DNA of 64,000 nt from Candidatus Eiseniibacteriota bacterium (GTDB lineage Bacteria; Eisenbacteria; RBG-16-71-46), in the NCBI GenBank assembly GCA_031370785.1, contig JANMQY010000060.1, positions 32,001 to 96,000 on the forward strand. Direction: 5' to 3'. The position numbers and the translations under genes are program-made. Every line of letters begins with the position of its first letter. Position 1 is the stretch's first letter. Below, in pieces: positions 53,889 through 63,049 of the stretch. The notes beneath the pieces are model-generated. The model did no database searches. It had not been told where the DNA came from and worked only from the letters and a program-made list of their open reading frames with translations.

Positions 53889-55190
53889 CTACATCCGGCG
53901 GCGGCGACGCCCGCTGTCGGGCTTGGGCTTGCGCCCGTGCTCCGGTTGCGTCGATGCGGCGGGGCGGGCGGATTCGTGCGCGTTGCGGCCTCCGGACGGG
54001 CGGCGCTCGTGACGCCCGCGACCGGAGTGCTCCTCTTCGCGTCCGCGCGGCTCCGGAGTGGGACGCTGCTTGTAGTCGAAGTCCGGCAGCGTGACCCGGG
54101 GTATGGCGCGCGCGAGGAACCGCTCGATCCCGACGACGTCCTTCTGCTCCTCGGGGCTCATCAGCGTGAAGGCGTCGCCCACGGCGTCGACCCGGCCGGT
54201 GCGGCCGATGCGATGCACGTAGTCTTCGGGAGTGCCGGGCACGTCGAAGTTGATCACGTGCGAGATGCCTTCGACGTCGATGCCGCGCGAGGCGATGTCG
54301 GTCGCGACCAGCACCTGCACGCGGCCGCGCTTGAGATCGCTGAGCGCCCGCTCGCGCTGGCTCTGGCTGCGATTGCCGTGGATCGGAGCGACGCTGACCC
54401 CGCGGCGCTGCAGCTGGCGCGCGAGCCGGTCGGCCCCGTGCTTGGTGCGCGTGAACACGATCGCGCTGCCCACTTCGTCCAGCGAGAGCAGGGTGAAGAG
54501 CAGATCGGTCTTGAGCGCGCGCGGCACCGGATACACCGCCTGGGTGATGCCGGCGGCCGGGCGCGAGGGCGGCGCGAGGTCGAGCCGGCGCGGATTGACG
54601 AGCGCGTCCTTCGCCACCTTGTTCAGGTCGGGAGGCATGGTCGCCGAGAACAGCAGCGTCTGGCGCTTGGTCGGAAGCAGCTTGAGGATGCGCCTCAGGT
54701 CGGGCGCGAAGCCCATGTCGACCATGCGGTCGGCCTCGTCGAGCACCAGCACCTCGACGTCCTCGAGGCTCACGCTCTGGCGACCATGGAGGTCGAGAAG
54801 GCGACCGGGGGTGGCGACCAGAAGATCCACGCCCTCGTTGCGCAGCATGCGCTCCTGGGGCCCGATCGGCACGCCGCCGTAGACGACGCCGACGCGCAGG
54901 TCGGTGAATCGCGCGTAGTCGCGGGCGTTGGTCTCGACCTGCGCCGCCAGCTCGCGGGTGGGGGTGAGGATGAGCGCGCGCAGCCACGGCTGGCCGTCGA
55001 GAAGCCGGGCCAGGATCGGAAGCACGAATGCGGCGGTTTTGCCGGTGCCGGTCTGCGCCGCGCCGATCAGGTCGTGTCCCTCGAGGATGATGGGAATGGC
55101 TTTCTGCTGGATGGGGGTGGGTTGTTTGTAGCCGGCGGCGCGCACGCCACGAACCAGCGGCGCAGGCAGGCCGAGAGAAGCAAAAGGCAC
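53889..55190 (-). CDS. DEAD-box ATP-dependent RNA helicase (RhlE-like), canonical motifs
   Basis: Q-motif PTPIQ, AQTGTGKT, PTRELA, GG, TPGRL, DEAD, SAT, ATDIASRGID, HRIGRTGR. Confidence 0.95.
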   Translation of the reverse strand: MPFASLGLPAPLVRGVRAAGYKQPTPIQQKAIPIILEGHDLIGAAQTGTGKTAAFVLPILARLLDGQPWLRALILTPTRELAAQVETNARDYARFTDLRVGVVYGGVPIGPQERMLRNEGVDLLVATPGRLLDLHGRQSVSLEDVEVLVLDEADRMVDMGFAPDLRRILKLLPTKRQTLLFSATMPPDLNKVAKDALVNPRRLDLAPPSRPAAGITQAVYPVPRALKTDLLFTLLSLDEVGSAIVFTRTKHGADRLARQLQRRGVSVAPIHGNRSQSQRERALSDLKRGRVQVLVATDIASRGIDVEGISHVINFDVPGTPEDYVHRIGRTGRVDAVGDAFTLMSPEEQKDVVGIERFLARAIPRVTLPDFDYKQRPTPEPRGREEEHSGRGRHERRPSGGRNAHESARPAASTQPEHGRKPKPDSGRRRRRM

Positions 55191-55210
55191 GAATCCTCCG
55201 ATTAGGTGAA

Positions 55211-56635
55211 TTACTTCTTCTTGTGAACCGCGCGCCGCGTGGTGCGGGTCGCGGGGCGGCGGGCCGCAGACGGCCGCGCTCGCGATGCGGTGGTCGCCCG
55301 TGCGGCCGCTCCACGAGCGGGCGCCGGGCGGGGCGCGCTTGCGCGCGGCGTGTTGACGGTGCGCGGCACATGGCCAACGCCGCGCGAGGCGGCCTTGGAC
55401 TGGGTCGCTGCCGCGATGCGATTCGCGGCCGCCGCCAGGCCCGTGGCGGGCTTGCGCGCACGCTCGGGCTCTTCCTCGTAGCTCACCACGCGCTTGGTCT
55501 CGCCGGGACGCATGCCGTAGTCGAAGTCGGGCAGCATGACGCGCGGAATGGCGCGGCCCATGAAGCGCTCGATCGACTCCACTTCCTTCGACTCGTCCGG
55601 ACTCATCAGCGTGAACGCATCACCCACCGGATCGCCCTTGCCGGCGCGACCGAGCCGGTGCACGTAGTCTTCCGGAGTGAGCGGCACGTCGAAATTCACG
55701 ACGTGCGCGATGCCCGCGACGTCGAGGCTACGCGCCGAGTTGTTGCTCGCGACCAGAATCTGAACGCGCCCGCGCTTGAGATCTTCGAGCGCCTGCTCGC
55801 GCTCGCCCTGGCTGGGGTGATCGTCGAGGGCCGCGACCGCATAGCCCCGCCGCTGCAGCAGGCGGACGAGCTTCTCGGTGGCATTGCGCGAGCGGGTGTA
55901 GACCACCGTGCTGCGCACCTCGGCACGCGAGAGCATCTCGTCCAGCAGGTCGGTCTTGAGCCCGGTCGGCACCGGATAGACCGCCTGCGTGATCCCCGCG
56001 GCCGGCTTGGCTGGCGCGCCCACGTCCACGCGCACCGGCTCGATCAGCGCCTCCTTCGCGAGGCGGTTGAGCTCGGGCGGGAGGTTGGACGAGAACAGCA
56101 CGGTCTGACGGGTTTCGGGCAGCAGCTTGAGCAGCTTCCTCAGGTCGGGCGCGAGCCCCAGGCTGACCATGCGGTCGGCCTCGTCCAGCACCAGGATCTC
56201 GACGTCGGCGAAGTTGAGACATTCCCGGGCGTGCAGCTCGAGCAGCCGGCCCGGGGTCGCCACCAGCAGGTCGACGCCCTGCTCGCGGAGCATGCGCTCC
56301 TGAGCGGCGAGCGGCGCGCCGGTGAACACGACGCCGATGCGGATGTCGGTGAAGCGTGCGTAGTCGCGCGCCCGGGTCTCGACGTACTGGGCCAGCTCGC
56401 GAGTTGGCACCAGCACGATCGCGCGCAGGCGAGAGCCGCCGTCGAGCAGACGCGAGAGGATGGGCAGGCAGTATGCCCCGGTCTTCCCCGCGCCGTTCTG
56501 TGCGGCGCCGATCAGGTCGTTGCCCTGGAGGATGATCGGGATCGCCTTGCTCTGGATCGCTGTAGCCTCGGTGAGTCCCGCGGCGCGAACGCCCTTGAGA
56601 ATCGGAGCGGGCAGCCCGAGGGATGCGAAATTCAA
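55211..56635 (-). CDS. DEAD-box helicase paralog with divergent catalytic motifs
   Basis: AQNGAGKT, PTRELA, TPGRL and DEAD are recognisable, but it has SSN (III), SNNSARSLD (V) and HRLGRAGK (VI); GAGGAGG RBS before TTG. Confidence 0.9.
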   Translation of the reverse strand: MNFASLGLPAPILKGVRAAGLTEATAIQSKAIPIILQGNDLIGAAQNGAGKTGAYCLPILSRLLDGGSRLRAIVLVPTRELAQYVETRARDYARFTDIRIGVVFTGAPLAAQERMLREQGVDLLVATPGRLLELHARECLNFADVEILVLDEADRMVSLGLAPDLRKLLKLLPETRQTVLFSSNLPPELNRLAKEALIEPVRVDVGAPAKPAAGITQAVYPVPTGLKTDLLDEMLSRAEVRSTVVYTRSRNATEKLVRLLQRRGYAVAALDDHPSQGEREQALEDLKRGRVQILVASNNSARSLDVAGIAHVVNFDVPLTPEDYVHRLGRAGKGDPVGDAFTLMSPDESKEVESIERFMGRAIPRVMLPDFDYGMRPGETKRVVSYEEEPERARKPATGLAAAANRIAAATQSKAASRGVGHVPRTVNTPRASAPRPAPARGAAARATTASRARPSAARRPATRTTRRAVHKKK

Positions 56636-56840
56636 CGGAACCTCCTCTGAGAGGCCGAATATGGATGAAATGGATTGGATGCTTGACCACCTGTGGGCCC
56701 GGTGGATGGCGATAGGGACCGGGCAAAGCCGACAGGTTAGGGGCCGGACGGCTCCCGGGCAATGACTCAGTTGACAATGGAGCGGAAATTTTCGACATCG
56801 GGACGTTCTTGCCGGGACCGGGCATCCTGCGAGGCCGGAA

Positions 56841-56872
56841 GCGTGAATCGAACGCCGCGGCGCGGTTCACGC
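56841..56872 (-). terminator. Stem-loop just downstream of mutM
   Basis: GCGTGAA...TTCACGC inverted repeat; weak U-tract. Confidence 0.35.
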
Positions 56873-56880
56873 GGCCGAAA

Positions 56881-57756
56881 TCACGCTCGGCGCGGACGGC
56901 CTTTGGCTGGTTTCTTCGCTCGGCGCGCGCCCGGGCGCTGACAACCGGGGCAGTAGAACGTGGCGCGCTGGGACTGAACCACGCGGCGGATGGGCCGCGC
57001 GCAGGCGATGCAGGGTTCCCCTGCCCGGTCGTAGACGCGCAGCTGTCCCGCGAACGAGCCGGGCTCGCCCCACAGCGTCCGGTACATGCTGAACGTCGTG
57101 CCCAGCCCCTCGATCGCCTCGCCCAGCACCGCCGGGATCTCGGTCGCGATCGCGTCCCACTCGGCGGTCGTGACCCGGCCCGCGGCCCGGCGCGGATCCA
57201 CCCGCGCGCGGAACAGGATCTCGCTCGCGTAGATGTTTCCGATTCCGGCGATTCGATGCTGGTCGAGCAGGAATGGTTTCACGCCGATGCGCAGGCTCTG
57301 CGCCGCCCTGCCGAGCAGGGCGCCCTCGGGCGGCGCGGTCATCGGATCCGGTCCCAGCTTGCGCAACGTGGGATCCGAGGCGAGCCGACCGGTTGCCAGC
57401 GCGCGCATCATGCCGAACCGCCGCGCGTCCTGGAACCAGAGCCGCGAGCCGTCGGCGAACACGACGCGGGCGTGCACGTGCTCGAGGCGCGGGGCGCGCG
57501 CGTCGGGAAAGAACAGCCAGCGTCCGCTCATGCCGAGGTGGGAAAGCAGGGTCACGTCGCCATCGAAGCCGAGCAGCAGGTATTTGCCCACGCGCGCGAC
57601 GCCGGTGATCGTGCGACCGCGCAGCGCTCGTGGCACCTCTCGCGGTACGCGGCGGCGCAGCGCGAACCCCGAGAGCGTGACCGAGCGCACGGTGCGTCCG
57701 CGCACGCTCGCCTCCAGCATGCGGCGCACGGTTTCCACTTCGGGCAGCTCGGGCAT
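56881..57756 (-). CDS. mutM: Formamidopyrimidine-DNA glycosylase
   Basis: MPELPEVE, HLGMSG, GIGNIYASE, zinc finger CIAC...CPGCQ. Confidence 0.97.
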   Translation of the reverse strand: MPELPEVETVRRMLEASVRGRTVRSVTLSGFALRRRVPREVPRALRGRTITGVARVGKYLLLGFDGDVTLLSHLGMSGRWLFFPDARAPRLEHVHARVVFADGSRLWFQDARRFGMMRALATGRLASDPTLRKLGPDPMTAPPEGALLGRAAQSLRIGVKPFLLDQHRIAGIGNIYASEILFRARVDPRRAAGRVTTAEWDAIATEIPAVLGEAIEGLGTTFSMYRTLWGEPGSFAGQLRVYDRAGEPCIACARPIRRVVQSQRATFYCPGCQRPGARRAKKPAKGRPRRA

Positions 57757-57762
57757 GGCGCG

Positions 57763-57792
57763 ACGCTACGGGCGTCGCGCTCGAGGCGTCAA
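57763..57792 (-). promoter_or_regulatory. Putative promoter for a leaderless mutM transcript
   Basis: TTGACG-N18-TAGCGT, 6 nt before the ATG; no SD. Confidence 0.6.
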
Positions 57793-57872
57793 GACCGGGT
57801 CACGCGCTCTCGCGAGACATGGCCGGGAATCCATTGCGCCGCGTTTCACGCGCATGGCATCTTCACCCGGTC

Positions 57873-58808
57873 ATGGAAGACCCCAAGAAGTTCGAGGAGT
57901 TTGCGCGGCTCGCCACCGAGCAGCGCAATCCACGCACGACGGACCTGGACACGCTTGGCACGCCTGAGGTCCTGCGCCGCATCTCGGCGGAGGACCAGGG
58001 TGTGCCCGCCGCGGTTGCCCGGGAGCTCCCGTACCTCGAGCGTGCGGTCGAGCTGGTCGTGGCTTCGTTTCGCTCCGGTGGACGCCTGATCTACGTGGGC
58101 GCGGGCACCAGCGGTCGGCTCGGCGTGCTCGACGCTTCGGAATGCCCGCCCACCTTCGGCTCCGATCCTTTGACGGTGCAGGGCGTGATCGCCGGGGGCC
58201 TGGGGGCCCTGGTGCGTGCGGTCGAGGGCGCCGAGGACCGCGTGGCCGAGGGCGAGAAGGCGATCGACGACCTGAACGTCGGCGCGAACGATACCGTCAT
58301 CGGACTCGCCGCCAGCCGGCGCACGCCGTTCGTGGTCGCGGCCGTTGCCCGGGCGCGTGCGCGCGGAGCCAGGACCGCGTACGTCACCTGCACCCCGCGC
58401 GCCGAGTTCACGCTGCCCGTGGACGTGGCGATCTGCCCCGAGGTCGGACCCGAAGTGCTCATGGGCTCGACCCGCATGAAGGCCGGCACCGCGCAGAAGC
58501 TGGTGCTCAACATGATCACGACCGCCGCCTTCATCGCCATGGGCAAAGTCTACGAAAACCTGATGGTGGACCTGATGGCGACCAGCGAAAAGCTCGTCGA
58601 GCGCAGCCGGCGCACGGTGATGATCGTCACCGGATGCGACCGCGAGACCGCAGCGCGCACCATCGAGGAGGCCGGAAAGAGCGTGAAGACCGCGATCGTG
58701 ATGCTCAAGCTCGAATGCCCGCGCGCCGAAGCCGAGGAGCGGCTGCGTCGCGCGGGCGGATTCGTCAGGGCCGCGCTCGATACGCGCGCCGGAAAGGAAG
58801 CCCGATGA
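57873..58808 (+). CDS. murQ: N-acetylmuramic acid 6-phosphate etherase
   Basis: TEQRNP, GAGTSGRLGVLDASECPPTFG, EGAED, GSTRMKAGTAQKLVLNMITT, VYENLMVD. Confidence 0.96.
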   Translation: MEDPKKFEEFARLATEQRNPRTTDLDTLGTPEVLRRISAEDQGVPAAVARELPYLERAVELVVASFRSGGRLIYVGAGTSGRLGVLDASECPPTFGSDPLTVQGVIAGGLGALVRAVEGAEDRVAEGEKAIDDLNVGANDTVIGLAASRRTPFVVAAVARARARGARTAYVTCTPRAEFTLPVDVAICPEVGPEVLMGSTRMKAGTAQKLVLNMITTAAFIAMGKVYENLMVDLMATSEKLVERSRRTVMIVTGCDRETAARTIEEAGKSVKTAIVMLKLECPRAEAEERLRRAGGFVRAALDTRAGKEAR

Positions 58809-60043
58809 GGTCCCATCGAATCGTGGCCCGCGTGACGCTCGCGCTGGCTTTCTCGCTGGCTGCGGCGCTCACGCTGTCGTGCGCGGGCGCCAGGCGCTCG
58901 GAAGTCATCTTCTGGCAGTTCTGGCCATCGTCGGTCATCCAGCCAATCCTGGACCGCTACGAGCGCGAGCATCCCGGGGTCAAGGTGCGCATGGAGCAGC
59001 TCACGTGGCAGAGCGGGCAGGAGAAGATCGCCGCGGCGGTCGGGGCGGACAACGTCCCTGATCTGTGCGAGGTGGGTTCGACCTGGATGCCGCGCTTCCT
59101 GGCGGGAGGGAAGCTCGCCGACTGGACCAACGAGGTCGCGGATCTGCGCGCGGATCTGCGCGGCTGGGAGCTGTGTTCGGTGGGCGACCGGGCGCTCGGC
59201 CTGCCCTGGGTGATGGGCACGCGCGCGCTGTTCTACAACAAGGCGCTGTTCGCGCAGGCCGGGCTCGACTCGACCCACCCGCCCGAGACCTGGGATGAGC
59301 TCTACGCCGCCTCGGAGGCCATCCAGAAGCTCGGCCACGGCGTGCACGGCTTCGGCGTGCAGGCCGGCGAGCGCTACATCCTGTTCAAGAAATTCATGCC
59401 GTTCGCCTGGAGCAATGGCGGCCGTATCCTGAGCGACGACCGTCAGTCGGCGGTGTTCGACTCGCCTCAGAATCGCGCGGCGCTCGAGTTCTATCTGCGC
59501 CTGCGCGACGTCGGAGTGATGGACCACCAGGACGAGCTCGACCGGCAGTTCAAGGCGGGCAAGCTGGGGCTGCAGATCTCCGGCGCGTGGCTCTTCAAGT
59601 CGATCCCGCGCGACGCCCCGAACCTTCGCTACGGCGTCGCGCTCGTGCCGAGGCCGGATCTCGAGCACGGCACCAACGCCTCCTTCGCCGGCGGCGAGGT
59701 GCTGGTGAGCTTCCGCTCCGCCAAGCACCCGAAAGAAGCGCTCGACCTGGCGCGCTTCCTCGTGCGACCGGATAACGCGCTCGCGCTGGCCTCGGCGGCC
59801 AAGGGCGTGCAGCCCGCGACCGTCGGCGCCGACACCGTGGCCTACTACCGCGAGCATCCCGAGGAGCAGACCATGATCCGTCAGTTCGAGACCGCCGTCC
59901 CGACGCCGAACCATCCCGCCTGGGGCGAGATGGAGGCGGCGATCGAGGACGAAGTGGAGCAGGCGCTGCTCGGCAGGAAGACGCCGGCGAAGGCGCTGGC
60001 CGACGCCAATCAGAAGCTGGCCGAGCTGGTGGCGAAGAAGTAG
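58805..60043 (+). CDS. Carbohydrate ABC transporter substrate-binding lipoprotein
   Basis: Lipobox LTLSC; YEREHPGVKV, PD, LFYNKALF, PPETWDEL, GG. Confidence 0.9.
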   Translation: MRSHRIVARVTLALAFSLAAALTLSCAGARRSEVIFWQFWPSSVIQPILDRYEREHPGVKVRMEQLTWQSGQEKIAAAVGADNVPDLCEVGSTWMPRFLAGGKLADWTNEVADLRADLRGWELCSVGDRALGLPWVMGTRALFYNKALFAQAGLDSTHPPETWDELYAASEAIQKLGHGVHGFGVQAGERYILFKKFMPFAWSNGGRILSDDRQSAVFDSPQNRAALEFYLRLRDVGVMDHQDELDRQFKAGKLGLQISGAWLFKSIPRDAPNLRYGVALVPRPDLEHGTNASFAGGEVLVSFRSAKHPKEALDLARFLVRPDNALALASAAKGVQPATVGADTVAYYREHPEEQTMIRQFETAVPTPNHPAWGEMEAAIEDEVEQALLGRKTPAKALADANQKLAELVAKK

Positions 60044-60045
60044 GC

Positions 60046-60921
60046 ATGCGCACGCACTCGCGAACCACGTCGTGGCTGCTGCTCTCCCCGTGGATCGCGG
60101 CGTTCGGGCTGTTCGGGCTCTATCCGTTTCTGTTCTCGCTCGGTGCCTCGTTCACCGACTACTCGCCCATTCACGCCGGCGCGGCCCGATTCGTGGGGTT
60201 CGCGAACTACGCGGAGGCGCTCCGGGACCCCGCGTTCTGGTCCGCGATGCGGACCACGGCGCTGTTCGTGGTCGGCAGCATTCCGTTCACCACCGCGCTG
60301 GCGCTGGCGCTCGCGCTCGCGGTGCAGCCTTCGTTCCGCGGACGCACGCTGTTCCGGGTGGGATTCTTCCTGCCGAGCGTGGTCTCGGTGGTCGTGCTGT
60401 CGCTCGTGTTCAAGGGCCTTTACGCGCCGGACGGCACGCTCAATGCCGTGCTCGCCCTGCTCCACCTGCCGACGCCGCGCTGGCTGCTCGATCCCCACAC
60501 TGCGCTGCCCGCGATCATGGCGATGGACGTGTGGTCGGCGAGCGGCTACTACATGATCATCTTTCTCGCCGGGCTCGAAGCCATCCCTCGCGAGCTGTAC
60601 GAGGCCGCGCAGCTCGAGGGCGCGGGGCACTGGGACTGCTTCAGCCACATCACGCTGCCGCTGCTCCGCCCGACGCTGCTGTTCGTCGTGGTGGTGAACA
60701 CGGTGCGGAGCCTGCAGATCTTCGCCGAGGCCTTCGTGATGACGCGCGGCGGCCCGCTCCACTCCACGACCACGGTGGTGTACTACCTCTACGAGCAGGC
60801 GTTCTACCGGTTCAACCTCGGCTACGCCAGCGCCGTCGCCTACCTGCTGTTCACGGTCACCCTGCTGCTCGCGTGGGGACAGATGAAGCTGGTGGGCCGA
60901 CCGATGGCGGGTCCGGCATGA
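60046..60921 (+). CDS. Carbohydrate ABC transporter permease 1
   Basis: FVGFANY, EAA loop LYEAAQLEGA, MTRGGP, LGYASA. Confidence 0.92.
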   Translation: MRTHSRTTSWLLLSPWIAAFGLFGLYPFLFSLGASFTDYSPIHAGAARFVGFANYAEALRDPAFWSAMRTTALFVVGSIPFTTALALALALAVQPSFRGRTLFRVGFFLPSVVSVVVLSLVFKGLYAPDGTLNAVLALLHLPTPRWLLDPHTALPAIMAMDVWSASGYYMIIFLAGLEAIPRELYEAAQLEGAGHWDCFSHITLPLLRPTLLFVVVVNTVRSLQIFAEAFVMTRGGPLHSTTTVVYYLYEQAFYRFNLGYASAVAYLLFTVTLLLAWGQMKLVGRPMAGPA

Positions 60922-61823
60922 GCGCCTCCCATCTGGTCGTGGGCGAGGCGGAGCCGGTCCGCGAACCCGGAGCGCAGAGCGAGTTCACCAGCGGGAGGCC
61001 GCGCGTTTCAGGCTGGCGCTGGCTGTGGCTCGGGCCGCTGCTCGTCACCATGCTCACGCCCTTCGTATGGATGCTGGTGATCTCGCTCACCCCGCCCGGA
61101 TCCGAGGGCAGCGCCGAGTCCGGCTCGCTGGCGCGGGCGCTGCACGGGCCGTGGGGCCTCGACAACTACCGCGCGCTGTTCGCCGCGGCGCGCCTCGGCA
61201 CCTACCTCTTCAACAGCGCGCTGGTCGCGCTCGTGGTCGTGGCGCTCAACGTCGCGACCGCGGCAATGGTGGGCTACGTGCTCGGAAGGCGCCGCGTGCC
61301 CGGGGAGAAGTTCTGGTCGCTTGGGATCGTGGCCACGCTGATGCTGCCCAAGCAGGTGCTCATGATCCCGCTCTACCTGGTGATCGGGCGGTTGCACATG
61401 CTCGACACCTACTCGGCGCTCATCCTTCCGTTCGCGGTGGATGCGTTCAGCATCTTCCTCGTGCGCCAGTACGTGCAGGGGCTGCCGCTCGAGATCGAGG
61501 AGGCGGCGCGCGTGGATGGCGCATCGGACTGGAGCATCTTCCTGCGCATCGTGCTGCCGCTCATGCGCCCGGTCCTCGCGGTGGTGGCGATCCAGTCGTT
61601 TCTGGCCAACTGGAACTCCTTCCTCTATCCGTTGATCCTCGTCGACTCGGATCGGCTGCGCACGCTGCCGGTGGGCCTCGCGTTGCTGTCGCAGAGCGAG
61701 CACAGCGTGGACTGGGGCCTGCTGATGGCGGGCTCGGCGCTGGCCTCGTTGCCGGTGCTCTCGGTGTTCGTGGCGTTTCAGCGCCACATCCTCTCGGGGG
61801 TGCTTGCGGGGTCGGAGAAATGA
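60918..61823 (+). CDS. Carbohydrate ABC transporter permease 2
   Basis: DNY...NS, EEAARVDGAS, WNSFLYPL, TLPVGL. Confidence 0.92.
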   Translation: MSASHLVVGEAEPVREPGAQSEFTSGRPRVSGWRWLWLGPLLVTMLTPFVWMLVISLTPPGSEGSAESGSLARALHGPWGLDNYRALFAAARLGTYLFNSALVALVVVALNVATAAMVGYVLGRRRVPGEKFWSLGIVATLMLPKQVLMIPLYLVIGRLHMLDTYSALILPFAVDAFSIFLVRQYVQGLPLEIEEAARVDGASDWSIFLRIVLPLMRPVLAVVAIQSFLANWNSFLYPLILVDSDRLRTLPVGLALLSQSEHSVDWGLLMAGSALASLPVLSVFVAFQRHILSGVLAGSEK

Positions 61824-63049
61824 CCACGATGTTCGACGATGCGCTCTCACCGCTGCGCGACTGGCTCGCGCGGCGCGAGCACCTGGTGGTCGGGCTCATG
61901 ACCGGCACTTCGGCGGACGCGGTGGACGCGGCGCTGGTTCGATTCACCGGCACCGGTCTCGACTCGACCCACGAGGTGCTGGCGTCGCGCGAGAGCCGGC
62001 TCGAGCCGGCGCTGCGTCGCGAGGTGCTCGAGTTGGCATCGGCCTCCGAGGTGTCGCTCGAGCGCCTGATGAGACTCGACGCCGCGCTCGGCGAGCGCTA
62101 CGCCGCCGCGGTGCTCGAGCTGATCGCCGCCTCGGGCGTGCCGCCCGGCGACATCGGAGCGATCGGCTCGCACGGGCAGACCGTGCGCCACCTGCCGCGC
62201 CGCGAAGGAGGCGGTCAGGCGCTGACGCTCCAGATCGGCTCTGCGGCGGTACTGGCCGAGCGCACCGGTCTGACCGTAGTCTCCGACTTCCGCGCCCGCG
62301 ATGTCGCAGCCGGCGGCGAGGGCGCGCCGCTCGTACCGCTCGTCGACTGGTGGCTGTTCCGCTCTCCGGTCGAATCCCGAGTGCTTCTGAACCTGGGAGG
62401 GATGGCAAACGTGACTTTTCTGCCGCAGGGCGGGGCTCTTGCCGACCTGATCGCCTTCGACACCGGACCCGGCAACGCGATCCTCGATGCGCTCGCCTCG
62501 CTCGCCTCCGGGGATTCCGTCACCTACGACGACGGCGGCGGATCCGCGCTGCGTGGCCGCGTGAATGAAGCGTTGCTCGCCGAGCTGCTCGCCGATCCAT
62601 TCTTCCTGCAGCCACCGCCGCGCTCCACCGGACGCGAGCGATTCGGCGTCTCCTATGCGAAGCGCCTTCGCGAGCGCGCTCGCGAGCTGGGCCTGAGCGA
62701 CGACGACCTGATGGCGACCGCGGTCGAGCTGACCGCCGCCTCGGTTGCCGGCGCGATCGATCGCTTCATCGCGCCCCGGGCGGCAGTCTCGGCCGTGATC
62801 GCGAGCGGAGGCGGCGTACACAATCCGGCGCTGATGGGCGCGCTGGCGCGACGCCTCGGGCCGGCCCGGCTGGAACGCAGCGACGATCACGGCGTCCCGG
62901 CGGGCATCAAGGAGGCGCTGGCATTCGCATTCCTCGCGCACCAGACGCTGTGTGGCCTGCCCGGCAACGCGCCGGGCGCCACGGGCGCGGCGCGCGCCGT
63001 CGTGCTCGGGCACATCACGCCGGGCGTCGCACGAATGGGGGCACGATGA
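61820..63049 (+). CDS. anmK: Anhydro-N-acetylmuramic acid kinase
   Basis: GLMTGTSADAVD, GSHGQTV, DFRARDVAAGGEGAPLVP, LNLGGMAN, FDTGPGN, STGRE, KEALAFA. Confidence 0.95.
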   Translation: MTTMFDDALSPLRDWLARREHLVVGLMTGTSADAVDAALVRFTGTGLDSTHEVLASRESRLEPALRREVLELASASEVSLERLMRLDAALGERYAAAVLELIAASGVPPGDIGAIGSHGQTVRHLPRREGGGQALTLQIGSAAVLAERTGLTVVSDFRARDVAAGGEGAPLVPLVDWWLFRSPVESRVLLNLGGMANVTFLPQGGALADLIAFDTGPGNAILDALASLASGDSVTYDDGGGSALRGRVNEALLAELLADPFFLQPPPRSTGRERFGVSYAKRLRERARELGLSDDDLMATAVELTAASVAGAIDRFIAPRAAVSAVIASGGGVHNPALMGALARRLGPARLERSDDHGVPAGIKEALAFAFLAHQTLCGLPGNAPGATGAARAVVLGHITPGVARMGAR

